The notes below the pieces were generated by a model. The model ran no database searches and had not been told where the DNA came from. It saw only the letters and a program-made list of their open reading frames with translations. A stretch of DNA of 64,000 nt from Ruminococcaceae bacterium OttesenSCG-928-O06 (GTDB lineage: Bacteria > Bacillota > Clostridia > Oscillospirales > Ruminococcaceae): positions 2,155 to 66,154 of the forward strand of contig JAJDGD010000002.1 of NCBI GenBank assembly GCA_030265505.1. The letters are read 5' to 3'. This document shows, one piece after another, positions 9,845 through 19,457 of this stretch (its first letter is position 1; each line of letters opens with the position of its first letter). The position numbers and the translations under genes were made by a program.

Positions 9845-10294
9845 TTACAGTGCAAAGGCATTGCGCAGCAGGGCCGTGGCAACGTCAATGTCCTCCTGGC
9901 GCAGCAAGATGGAGATGTCAAGGTCCGAAGTGGTGATAAGGGCCACCTCGATCTCCTCGGCGCCCAAGGCGTTCAGGGCGCGGGCGGCCACGCCCACACT
10001 CTCCACCATGTCCTCGCCATACAGGTTCACCTTGGCATAGCCGCCGCTCACCATGGGGTTGGCGTTTTGGCCGGCGCCGCCCAGGGCCTTCAGCGCGGTG
10101 TCAAAATCGTTGTAAGAGGCGGTGAAGGAAAAGCGGATACCGCGCCCGTAGGGGGCCGTTTGGCTAATCATATCCACCACTACGCCGGCGTCGGCCAGGC
10201 GGTTCAGGGTTTGCGCAAAAAATGCACCGTCTGCGTCGCCATAGCTAATCATCATCAGGTTTTCGTCGATGGTAAGCTTACTTACACCATACAT
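9845..10294 (-). CDS. ACT domain-containing protein (aspartokinase regulatory-subunit-like, no kinase domain)
   Basis: 149 aa with two ACT-like repeats (...LNRLADAGVVVDMISQ... and ...AARALNALGAEEIEVALITTSDLDISILL...). A GGAGG lies 7-8 nt upstream. It is the last gene of the asd-dapA-dapB operon. Confidence 0.65.
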   Translation of the reverse strand: MYGVSKLTIDENLMMISYGDADGAFFAQTLNRLADAGVVVDMISQTAPYGRGIRFSFTASYNDFDTALKALGGAGQNANPMVSGGYAKVNLYGEDMVESVGVAARALNALGAEEIEVALITTSDLDISILLRQEDIDVATALLRNAFAL

Positions 10295-10319
10295 AGCCCT
10301 TCCTCCTTACAAAAGCGCG

Positions 10320-11549
10320 TCAGTCCAGCACCAGATATTCGTCGCTTACATAGGTTTGCAGCAGCTCTTGGATATAAGCCATGTTGAAGTTTGGGTAGCG
10401 CGCGCGCACGCCGTGGGAAGTGGCCAGCTCCTCGGTATAATCGCGGAACATATAGGTGTGGATATCGGCATAGCCGCTGCCGTAATGTGTAACGGTGGGG
10501 TAGGCCTTCACGTTCTCCACCGTCACCTCGCCGCGGGTACCGTCGGGCTGCGCAATCTGCACCATCTCGAACGCGAAGGTATAGCCCACCAGTTGGTTGG
10601 CCTGGGCCTGGGCAGAGAGAAAGTTGCCCAAAGAATAAGCCACCGGGATGCTGCGCCCGGTCTCGGTGCCGGTGATATACTCAATGGGCTGGATGACGTG
10701 CGGGTGGGTACCAATGATAGCGGTGGCGCCCCAATCGGCCAAATTGGCGGCCAGGGTACGCTGTTTGTCGGTAACCTGGTGGCTGTTCTCCACCTCCCAG
10801 TGGATGCCCACCACAACGGCGTCGGCAAGCTCTGCCGCGCGGCGCACCTGCCGCTCTATCACATCCTCCTCCGAGGTGTAGATGACGAAGGCCTCGGTGT
10901 TTTGTGGGGTGGGCAGGCCGTTGGTATGGTCTGTATAAGAGAGGTAGGCAATAGTCATGCCGTTCACTTCATGCATGGCAATGCCGCTGTCGTCCTCACG
11001 GCTGGTAAAAAAGCCCGTTGTCACAACATCTTCCGGCATATCGGCCCACACCCGCCGGGTGGATGCCACACCGGCGGCGCCAAGGTCGTACGAGTGGTTG
11101 TTGGACAGTGCATATACCCGCCAGCCCGCGTTGTAGGTGGCGTAACCCATCTGGTACGGGGTAGAGAACATGGGGTAGCCCGCCGGGGCGAACTCGTCGT
11201 TCAATAGGGTCTCCTGGTTCATCCAGTTCACATCGAACTGCTCGTAGAAGTACTTCACCTGCTCAAAGCAAAAGTCGAAGTTGTAGCCCTCGTCCTCGGC
11301 CGCGCGGCGCTGGGCCTGCAAAAAGATGCCGTTGTGCACGAGGTTGTCTCCCACGGCGGAGAACGTTACCCGCAACTCCTCCGGCTGGGGCGGGGGAGGC
11401 TCGGAGATGGAGACGTCTGGCAGAGAGGATGCCGGCGGTACAGAAGAAGATGTGCCGGCTGGGTTACCACCGCATGCCGCCAAAGCGAAAAGCAGCAGTA
11501 AAGACAATATGGTTGTAAGCAATGCTGTTTTGTTCGGCGAATACTTCAT
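10320..11549 (-). CDS. CapA family (PGA_cap metallophosphatase-like) lipoprotein
   Basis: 409 aa. The lipoprotein signal is LLLLFALAACGG. Metallophosphatase-type motifs are present (VGDNLVHN, GIHWEVENSH, IIGTHPHVIQP). Its ATG overlaps the dapB stop codon (ATGA at 11546-11549). Confidence 0.75.
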   Translation of the reverse strand: MKYSPNKTALLTTILSLLLLFALAACGGNPAGTSSSVPPASSLPDVSISEPPPPQPEELRVTFSAVGDNLVHNGIFLQAQRRAAEDEGYNFDFCFEQVKYFYEQFDVNWMNQETLLNDEFAPAGYPMFSTPYQMGYATYNAGWRVYALSNNHSYDLGAAGVASTRRVWADMPEDVVTTGFFTSREDDSGIAMHEVNGMTIAYLSYTDHTNGLPTPQNTEAFVIYTSEEDVIERQVRRAAELADAVVVGIHWEVENSHQVTDKQRTLAANLADWGATAIIGTHPHVIQPIEYITGTETGRSIPVAYSLGNFLSAQAQANQLVGYTFAFEMVQIAQPDGTRGEVTVENVKAYPTVTHYGSGYADIHTYMFRDYTEELATSHGVRARYPNFNMAYIQELLQTYVSDEYLVLD

Positions 11550-12310
11550 AAATCCTCCATAAAATCGTCCATAGAATATTGCCCCGGCCCTTTGTTGGCA
11601 AGGTACAGCGCCGCGGCTATGGCCCCGCTGGCAAATACCTCGCGGGAGTATGCAGTGTGAGACAAAGTAACCACTTCGTCGGGCCCGGCAAACAGCACCT
11701 CATGTTCGCCCACGATGCTGCCGCCCCGTACGGCCGAGATGCCGATCTCGTCATCCGCGCGGGCAGCGCGGCGGCTGTGGCGGTCGTACACATAGTGGTA
11801 GCGCCCGTTTGCCTGCTGGTTGATGGTATCGGCCAGCATCAGGGCGGTGCCGCTGGGGGCGTCCAGCTTGTGGCGGTGGTGCTTTTCAACAATTTCAATG
11901 TCAAACCCGGGCAGGGCGCTTTGCGCCATGCGGGCCAGCTTTGCCAGCAGGTTTACCCCCAGGGACATGTTGGCGCTGAAAAACACCGCCACCGTTTGGG
12001 CGGTGTTTTTCAGCAGCTGCAGGGTGTCCTCGTCAAGGCCTGTGGTGCAAACCACACAGGGCAGGCCGTTTGCCCCGCACCAGGCAAGGGCGGCGCGGGT
12101 GGCGGCGGGCAAGGAAAAATCAATCAGCACATCGGCGGAAATGCCGCTGCTTCCATAGGCCTCGATGCTGGGAAATACCGGGACGTCTCCACCGGGGGCA
12201 TCGGCGGTATCAATGCCGGCCACCACTTCGCAGTCTTTGCGGGGGGCAATCATCCCGCACAAAGCCCGGCCCATACGGCCGTTTATGCCATGAAGCACGA
12301 TTTTTGTCAT
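11546..12310 (-). CDS. dapB: 4-hydroxy-tetrahydrodipicolinate reductase
   Basis: 254 aa, with MTKIVLHGINGRMGR (NAD(P)-binding) and the DapB signature EIVEKHHRHKLDAPSGTA. Confidence 0.9.
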   Translation of the reverse strand: MTKIVLHGINGRMGRALCGMIAPRKDCEVVAGIDTADAPGGDVPVFPSIEAYGSSGISADVLIDFSLPAATRAALAWCGANGLPCVVCTTGLDEDTLQLLKNTAQTVAVFFSANMSLGVNLLAKLARMAQSALPGFDIEIVEKHHRHKLDAPSGTALMLADTINQQANGRYHYVYDRHSRRAARADDEIGISAVRGGSIVGEHEVLFAGPDEVVTLSHTAYSREVFASGAIAAALYLANKGPGQYSMDDFMEDL

Positions 12311-12359
12311 GATAGGCCCCCTTCCGGTAAAACACCTTGCGCCTTTTGCGGGCCTGGCC

Positions 12360-13253
12360 TTATGCCGGCAGCAGGCTGAAACGCTTCAAAATAGTGTTCA
12401 GATGCTGTTTTTTGTCCTCCGCCATGGGGCCCAGAGGCAGGCGGCAGGGCCCGGCGTCGTAGCCCATCATGTTCAAGGCTTCCTTCACCGGGATGGGGTT
12501 TACCTCGCTGAACAGGGCGTTGTTCAGCGGGAGGAGTTGCAGCTGCAGGGCCTTGCTGTCCTGTACGCGGCCCATAAAGTACATGTGGCAGATGTCGTGA
12601 ATGTCTTGCGGCACCACGTTTGCCAGCACGGAAATGACGCCGATGCCCCCGAGGGAGAGGATGGGGAGGATCTGGTCGTCGTTGCCGGAATAGATGCCCA
12701 GTTCATCCCCGCAGGCAGCGGCTACATTTGCGATGTGGGAGATGTCTCCGCTGGCCTCTTTGGTGGCCAGAATGAGGGGATGAGCGGCCAGCTCCTTGTA
12801 AGTATCCACCGCAATGGTCATGCCTGTGCGCGAGGGCACGTTGTACACAATCATCGGCAGGCCCACGGCGTCGGCAATGGTGAGGAAATGCCGCACCAGG
12901 CCGCTTTGGCTGGTTTTATTATAGTAAGGCGTCACATGCAACAGGCCGTCGGCCCCGCGGATGGAGGCCTCCCGCGAGAGGGCCAGGCCGTGGCGGGTGT
13001 CGTTAGAGCCGGTGCCCGCAATAACAGGCACACGCTTGTTCACGGTGGTGACGCAATGCTCGATGACATCCAAATGCTCTTCATCGTCCAGCGTAGAGGC
13101 CTCGCCCGTGGTGCCGGTGACAATGATAGCATCGGTGCTGTTTTGCAGTTGGAACTCAAGCATCCGGGTAAGGGCGTCGTAGTTCACGGCGCCGTCTGGG
13201 TGCATGGGCGTTACTATGGCCACGCCCGAGCCGGTAAACAGTTGCTTTTTCAT
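12360..13253 (-). CDS. dapA: 4-hydroxy-tetrahydrodipicolinate synthase
   Basis: 297 aa, with GSGVAIVTPM...VTGTTGEASTL...YNVPSRTG and the active-site Lys region (KEASGD). Confidence 0.95.
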   Translation of the reverse strand: MKKQLFTGSGVAIVTPMHPDGAVNYDALTRMLEFQLQNSTDAIIVTGTTGEASTLDDEEHLDVIEHCVTTVNKRVPVIAGTGSNDTRHGLALSREASIRGADGLLHVTPYYNKTSQSGLVRHFLTIADAVGLPMIVYNVPSRTGMTIAVDTYKELAAHPLILATKEASGDISHIANVAAACGDELGIYSGNDDQILPILSLGGIGVISVLANVVPQDIHDICHMYFMGRVQDSKALQLQLLPLNNALFSEVNPIPVKEALNMMGYDAGPCRLPLGPMAEDKKQHLNTILKRFSLLPA

Positions 13254-13283
13254 GGTTTTTCCACCTTTTGGCTGAAAACGAGG

Positions 13284-14312
13284 TTACAGCATATCATGCT
13301 CTATCATAGTTTTTGCAATTTGTACGGCGTTGGTGGCGGCGCCTTTACGCACATTGTCTGCCACGCACCACAGGTTTATACCGTTTTCCACGCTTTCGTC
13401 GCGCCGCACGCGGCCCACAAACACCTCGTTTTTGCCCTCGCAGGCAAGGGGCATGGGGTACTGGTTGTGTTCGGGGTCATCCACCAGCACCAAACTTTCA
13501 TGGAAGCCCGCCAGCAGGTTTTTCACATCGGTTATCTCGAAGGCACTTTTCGTCTCGATGTTGATGGATTCACTGTGGCCCACCAGCACCGGCACGCGCA
13601 CCGTGGTGGCCGTAATGCGCAAATGTGGCAGGGAAAGAATTTTGCGGGTCTCATCCACCATCTTCATCTCTTCTTTTGTGTAGCCATTCTCGCAAAAAAC
13701 GTCTATGTGGGGGATGCAGTTGCCAAAAATGGGGTGGGGGAACTTCTCGGGCGTAAAATCCTTGCCCTCGGCAAAGGCCTTGGCGCCGTTCACAAGGTCG
13801 TTATACCCGGCCAGGCCCGCGCCGCTCACACTTTGATAGGTGGAGTAGACCACCCGCTCCAGGCCATAGGCTTGGTCGATGGCTTTTAATGGCAGCATGG
13901 CCTGGATGGTGGAGCAGTTGGGGTTGGCAATGATGTTTTTGTGCTGCTTCAGCGCCTCGGGGTTCACCTCGGGCACCACAAGAGGTACGGTGGCATCCAT
14001 ACGCCACTGGGAGCTGTTGTCCACCACCACGCAGCCCTTGGCCGCCGCGATGGGCGCGAAGGCCTTGGAAGTAGCCCCGCCTGCCGAGAAGAGGGCGATG
14101 TCAAAGCCGGAGTCGAAGCTTTGCTCAGTGAGCTCCTGTATGGTATATTCTTTGCCCATAAAGGGCACGGTGGTGCCGGCGCTTCTGGCCGATGCAAACA
14201 GCACATACTCGCTTACAGGCAGTTTGTATTCCTCCAGTACCCGCAAAAACGTGCGCCCAACCATGCCGGTGGCACCCACCACCGCAACGCGAACCTCTTT
14301 CATTTCCTGCAT
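13284..14312 (-). CDS. asd: Aspartate-semialdehyde dehydrogenase
   Basis: 342 aa, with VAVVGATGMVG and the active-site NPNCSTI. An alternative ATG at 14303 is equally possible. Confidence 0.95.
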   Translation of the reverse strand: MQEMKEVRVAVVGATGMVGRTFLRVLEEYKLPVSEYVLFASARSAGTTVPFMGKEYTIQELTEQSFDSGFDIALFSAGGATSKAFAPIAAAKGCVVVDNSSQWRMDATVPLVVPEVNPEALKQHKNIIANPNCSTIQAMLPLKAIDQAYGLERVVYSTYQSVSGAGLAGYNDLVNGAKAFAEGKDFTPEKFPHPIFGNCIPHIDVFCENGYTKEEMKMVDETRKILSLPHLRITATTVRVPVLVGHSESINIETKSAFEITDVKNLLAGFHESLVLVDDPEHNQYPMPLACEGKNEVFVGRVRRDESVENGINLWCVADNVRKGAATNAVQIAKTMIEHDML

Positions 14313-14370
14313 CCTCGCTTCCTGTTGTTTTGTGGGGCAACCCCAAAGCGCGTGCCCGGTTTTTGCCCTG

Positions 14371-14605
14371 AAAACAAAAAACCCGGCTTGAAAACCGGCA
14401 GGCCATGCAATATACTATACGTTGCACGTTGATGGAACAGCACTCCGCGCGATTTGCGCGACAGTTCCGGCCCTGTTCGGGAGCGGAACCAGGAAAGGGC
14501 CTGCCAACCCCAGCCTTCGGCGGTGTTGCCTTTCTTGCATACGCTATAGGCCGGGCAGGCCAGCGCCACAATACTCATCAAAACCGCGCCTCTGTTCTCC
14601 ATCAT
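14371..14605 (-). promoter_or_regulatory. Lysine riboswitch (L-box) with intrinsic terminator
   Basis: On the minus strand the RNA reads AGAGGCGCGG...GAGTATTG...CACCGCCGAAGGCTGGGG...TGGTTCCGCTC...GGAACTGTCGCG. These blocks match the conserved L-box blocks (AGAGGYGC, GAGTA, GCCGAAGG, CTGTC). It ends in the hairpin CCGGTTTTCAAGCCGGG plus TTTTTTGTTTT (14371-14398), about 60 nt upstream of asd. Confidence 0.8.
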
Positions 14606-14612
14606 TTCCCCA

Positions 14613-14642
14613 AATATAGCATTCGCCGGCGGTGCTTGTCAA
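14613..14642 (-). promoter_or_regulatory. Candidate promoter for the riboswitch-asd operon
   Basis: On the minus strand: TTGACA (14642-14637), an 18-nt spacer, then TATATT (14618-14613). It lies just upstream of the L-box 5' end and is divergent from queA. Confidence 0.45.
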
Positions 14643-14670
14643 GGCGCAGGCCGCCAGGGAAAGGCCTTTC

Positions 14671-15702
14671 ATGCGAAAAAGCGATTTTGATTTTGCCCTG
14701 CCCCCCGAATTGATTGCCCAAACCCCGGCAAGCCCGCGGGATTCCTCGCGTCTGCTTTGTATGGACAAGGCCACGGGAAGCCTGCAGCACCGCACATTTT
14801 GGGACTTGCCGGCCCTGCTGCGCAAAGGAGATTTGCTGGTGCTGAACGACAGCCGGGTGATAGCCGCCCGGCTGATTGGCGAAAAGCAGGGCAGCGGTGG
14901 CGTGTGCGAGCTTCTTTTGCTGCGCCAGGTGAAAGGAGACGTGTGGGAGTGCCTGGCAAAGCCTGGTAAGCGCCTGCGGCCCGGTGCGGCCCTGCGCTTT
15001 GGCGACGGTACGCTTACCGCTGAAGTGCTGGAAACCTTGCCAAACGGCGGCAAGCATGTGCGTTTTTGCTACGACACCCAAACCCTGTATGAAAAGCTGG
15101 ATGCCTTTGGCGAGATGCCCCTGCCACCCTATATAAAAACGAAGCTGGCAAACAAGGGCGACTATCAGACCGTGTACGCAAAGCATCCGGGCAGTGCGGC
15201 AGCCCCCACGGCAGGCCTGCACTTTACCCCCGACCTGATGGAAAAGCTGCAGCACGCGGGCATAGGTTTTGCACACCTGACGCTGCATGTGGGGCTGGGT
15301 ACCTTTCGCCCGGTGCAGGAGGAACGGATAGAAGACCACACCATGCACAGCGAGTGGTATTCCCTGGAAGAAGACGCGGCACAGGCCATAAACCATACCC
15401 AAAAGGCCGGCGGGCGAGTGATTTGTGTGGGCACCACCAGCTGCCGCACGCTGGAGACCGTGGCGCGGAACAACAATGGCAACATAGTGCCCGGCAGCGG
15501 AGAGACAGACATTTTCTTGTACCCGGGCAGTATGTTTTTGGCAACAGACGGCCTGCTTACAAACTTCCACTTGCCCGAAAGCACACTGATCATGCTGGTT
15601 TCGGCCTTTTGCGGGCGAGAGAATACCCTGAACGCATACCGGGTGGCGGTGGAAGAGCGGTATCGCTTTTTCAGCTTTGGGGACGCAATGCTGATCCTGT
15701 GA
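14671..15702 (+). CDS. queA: tRNA preQ1(34) S-adenosylmethionine ribosyltransferase-isomerase
   Basis: The ATG at 14671 gives MRKSDFDFALPPELIAQTPASPRDSSRLL, a canonical QueA N-terminus. The C-terminus ends in ...YRFFSFGDAMLI. Confidence 0.95.
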   Translation: MRKSDFDFALPPELIAQTPASPRDSSRLLCMDKATGSLQHRTFWDLPALLRKGDLLVLNDSRVIAARLIGEKQGSGGVCELLLLRQVKGDVWECLAKPGKRLRPGAALRFGDGTLTAEVLETLPNGGKHVRFCYDTQTLYEKLDAFGEMPLPPYIKTKLANKGDYQTVYAKHPGSAAAPTAGLHFTPDLMEKLQHAGIGFAHLTLHVGLGTFRPVQEERIEDHTMHSEWYSLEEDAAQAINHTQKAGGRVICVGTTSCRTLETVARNNNGNIVPGSGETDIFLYPGSMFLATDGLLTNFHLPESTLIMLVSAFCGRENTLNAYRVAVEERYRFFSFGDAMLIL

Positions 15703-15832
15703 CAGCAGGAAAAGTCATCAGAGCGCAGGGCTGCAGGAAGACAAAGACAGAGAACTCTGAGAACGTCAAAGGTATGACATTTGGCCCATACACATGGAAC
15801 CAGGATGTTCGAGGGCTTTGCATGAAAGATAA

Positions 15833-17110
<1,278 letters not shown>

Positions 17111-17137
17111 GTTTTCCCGTGCGGGCATAAAAACATC

Positions 17138-17166
17138 TTGCATATTGGGCGCGGATTGGATATAAT
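17138..17166 (+). promoter_or_regulatory. Sigma-A type promoter upstream of yajC
   Basis: TTGCAT (17138-17143), a 17-nt spacer, then TATAAT (17161-17166). Confidence 0.55.
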
Positions 17167-17199
17167 CATATGGTGCACATATATAAGGGAGGGGACCCA

Positions 17200-17598
17200 A
17201 TGTACTTTGCTCTGCTAAGCACCGATTCAGCCTCCACAGGCAATACTTTCATGATTGTGACTTTGCTATTGATGGGCGTGTTGTTGTACTTTTTCATGAT
17301 TCGCCCCAACAGCAAGCGCGAGAAAAAGGCGAAAGACCTGCGCAACTCCATCGAAGTGGGGGACGAGGTGACCACCATTGGCGGCATTGTGGGCCGTGTG
17401 GTGAGCATTAAGGAAGACACATTCGTGCTGGAAACTTCGGGAGACCGTTCCAGAATGCGCTTCAAACGCTGGGCCATACAGGATGTGGGCAAGCTGAGCC
17501 TGGAAAGCCCCACCGAGATAGAAACACCCAGAGAGCCGGAAAAGAAGGGCTTCCTTGCGGGCCTTTTTGGCGGCGGCAACAAGAAAAGCGAGAGCTAG
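17200..17598 (+). CDS. yajC: Preprotein translocase subunit YajC
   Basis: The ATG at 17200 follows AAGGGAGGGG. One transmembrane helix is followed by the YajC motif (FFMIRPNSKREKK...L..GDEVTTIGGIVGRVVSI). Confidence 0.9.
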   Translation: MYFALLSTDSASTGNTFMIVTLLLMGVLLYFFMIRPNSKREKKAKDLRNSIEVGDEVTTIGGIVGRVVSIKEDTFVLETSGDRSRMRFKRWAIQDVGKLSLESPTEIETPREPEKKGFLAGLFGGGNKKSES

Positions 17599-17630
17599 GC
17601 TTGCATCAATTTGTTTTGGGAGGAATCACC

Positions 17631-17780
17631 ATGGAACATGTGAAAACCATTCAGGCGAAGAACCAAAAGCAACTGGCCTGCAAAGGCGGCTGCGGCGAAT
17701 GCCAGACCTCTTGCCAAAGTGCGTGTAAGACATCCTGCACCGTGGCAAACCAGAAGTGTGAAAACCTGGAGAACAAGTAA
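17631..17780 (+). CDS. scfA: Six-cysteine ranthipeptide precursor, SCIFF family (49 aa; not in the supplied ORF track)
   Basis: Manual translation gives MEHVKTIQAKNQKQLACKGGCGECQTSCQSACKTSCTVANQKCENLENK. GGGAGG lies 7 nt upstream of the ATG. The core GGCGECQTSCQSACKTSCTV.NQ.CE is the SCIFF signature. The ORF lies directly upstream of a radical SAM/SPASM gene. Confidence 0.85.
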   Translation: MEHVKTIQAKNQKQLACKGGCGECQTSCQSACKTSCTVANQKCENLENK

Positions 17781-17804
17781 TTTGTTTTCTTTGTGCTGAA
17801 TTTG

Positions 17805-17836
17805 CAAGAGGCGGAACATACCGCCTCTTGTTTTAT
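17805..17836 (+). terminator. Intrinsic terminator/attenuator between the SCIFF precursor and its maturase
   Basis: A perfect 10-bp stem, CAAGAGGCGG-AACATA-CCGCCTCTTG, is followed by TTTTAT. It lies 25 nt after the scfA stop and 29 nt before the maturase ATG. Confidence 0.6.
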
Positions 17837-17864
17837 GTTGATTTGACCATTGGAGGAAAGGCCC

Positions 17865-19235
17865 ATGTTGCATATGTTCAAGCGGGCGGGGATGAACCTT
17901 GTTTTGGATGTGGGAAGTGGAGCCATCCATGTGCTGGATGCACCGGCCTTTGCGTTGCTTGAGGTTGTGGATGAGGCTGCGATGCGTAACGGCCAGATGG
18001 GAGAGCTTCCAAAAGAGTTACAGAAAACATATGGCCAGCCTGCGCTTGAGGATGCTTTTGGAGAACTGTGTGCCCTTGTACACGAGGGCTTGCTATACGG
18101 TGACGACGACTACCGGGAATTTGCATGCGCCCTGGGCCCCGCCCCGGTGAAGGCCATGTGCCTGCACATGGCGCACGACTGCAACCTGCGGTGCAAATAC
18201 TGCTTTGCCTCCACCGGCGGGTTTGGGGGAAAGCGCGCGCTGATGCCTTTCTCCGTGGCAAAGCAGGCGATAGACCTGCTGGTGGCGCTGAGTGAAGAGC
18301 GCCACAACCTGGAAGTGGATTTCTTTGGCGGGGAGCCACTGATGAACATGGATGTGGTTCGCCAAACGGTAGATTATGCCCGCAGCATCGAAAAGGATGC
18401 GGGAAAGAACTTCCGGTTTACTATCACCACCAACGGCCTTGCTTTAAACGATGACACGATTGATTATATCAACCAGGAGATGGCCAACGTGGTGCTTTCC
18501 ATAGACGGACGGCGCAAAGTGCACGACGCGATGCGCCCCCTGGTGAACGGGGATGGCAGCTACGACGTGATTTTACCGAAATATAAAAAACTGGTGGCCG
18601 GGCGCGACAAAGAGTATTATGTGCGCGGCACCTACACGCGCGACAACACCGATTTTGACCAGGACGTGCTGGCTTTGTTTGAGGCAGGGTTTGATCAGAT
18701 CTCTGTAGAACCGGTGGTGGGCCCGCCCGAAGATGCCTACACGCTGCGGGAAAGTGACATTCCTGCGATAGAAGAAAGCTATGCGCGCCTTATGGAAGAA
18801 TTGGCGGAAAGACGCAAGAAAAAGGACGGAGATTTCAACTTTTTTCACTTTATGCTAGACCTGGAAAACGGCCCTTGTGCCATCAAGCGCCTGAAAGGGT
18901 GCGGCAGCGGCAATGAATATCTTGCGGTGACGCCAACGGGAGAGCTGTACCCTTGCCACCAGTTTGTGGGAAATGAGGATTTTATTATGGGGGATGTGAC
19001 CCGTGGTATAACAAACCCCGCGATGAAAGAGAAATTTGCCCAGGCCAACCTGCTGAACAAAACAGAATGTGCTACATGTTGGGCCAAGTATTTTTGTAGC
19101 GGAGGCTGCAATGCCAACAACTACAACCTTTGTGGGGATATTCTGGCTCCGCATGAATTGTCTTGCAAATTGGAGAAGATACGCCTGGAGTGTGCCATAG
19201 CACTACAAGCAGCGGTGCTACTGAGGGAAAACTGA
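17865..19235 (+). CDS. scfB: Radical SAM/SPASM thioether-forming SCIFF peptide maturase
   Basis: The ATG at 17865 lies 8 nt after GGAGG. The radical SAM motif is CNLRCKYC. C-terminal SPASM cysteine clusters are present (CGSGNEYLAVTPTGELYPCHQF, CATCWAKYFCSGGCNANN). It is adjacent to scfA. Confidence 0.9.
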   Translation: MLHMFKRAGMNLVLDVGSGAIHVLDAPAFALLEVVDEAAMRNGQMGELPKELQKTYGQPALEDAFGELCALVHEGLLYGDDDYREFACALGPAPVKAMCLHMAHDCNLRCKYCFASTGGFGGKRALMPFSVAKQAIDLLVALSEERHNLEVDFFGGEPLMNMDVVRQTVDYARSIEKDAGKNFRFTITTNGLALNDDTIDYINQEMANVVLSIDGRRKVHDAMRPLVNGDGSYDVILPKYKKLVAGRDKEYYVRGTYTRDNTDFDQDVLALFEAGFDQISVEPVVGPPEDAYTLRESDIPAIEESYARLMEELAERRKKKDGDFNFFHFMLDLENGPCAIKRLKGCGSGNEYLAVTPTGELYPCHQFVGNEDFIMGDVTRGITNPAMKEKFAQANLLNKTECATCWAKYFCSGGCNANNYNLCGDILAPHELSCKLEKIRLECAIALQAAVLLREN

Positions 19236-19393
19236 AAACAATTTTGGTACGCACAAATACAATGGGAAGCGCTTTGGCTTTACAGAGCGTATACGCCATG
19301 CATATATCTCATGAGATATCCCTATTATCAACGTACAATCGATTGATTTTTTGAATCGTTCGTATTGCGGAAACAAAATATGCAAGACAACTA

Positions 19394-19424
19394 GAAAACA
19401 CAGGCACGGCGTGCCTGTGTTTTC
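19394..19424. terminator. Bidirectional terminator between scfB and the recombinase gene
   Basis: The hairpin GAAAACACAGGCAC-GG-CGTGCCTGTGTTTTC has built-in A and T runs. It sits between convergent genes. Confidence 0.65.
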
Positions 19425-19457
19425 TTCGGTTTTCCTTATTTTTCCGTTTTGTGGCGC

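Noticed and set aside
12309-13889. A 526-aa ORF on the + strand. Similar long ORFs occur at 59067..60638, 46102..47412, 48693..50435, 30159..31580, 32643..33881 and 50655..51821.
   Set aside because: All of them lie antisense to clearly recognisable conserved genes (dapA/asd, secDF, pta, polC, tig, thrC). Their products are low-complexity and rich in G, A, R, H, Q and L, with no recognisable motifs. These are the usual stop-codon-poor shadow frames of GC-rich DNA.
19262-19354. A 30-aa ORF (MGSALALQSVYAMHISHEISLLSTYNRLIF) in the scfB-recombinase intergenic region.
   Set aside because: It has no Shine-Dalgarno sequence and no recognisable family. It spans the palindromes, which are more likely DNA or RNA elements.
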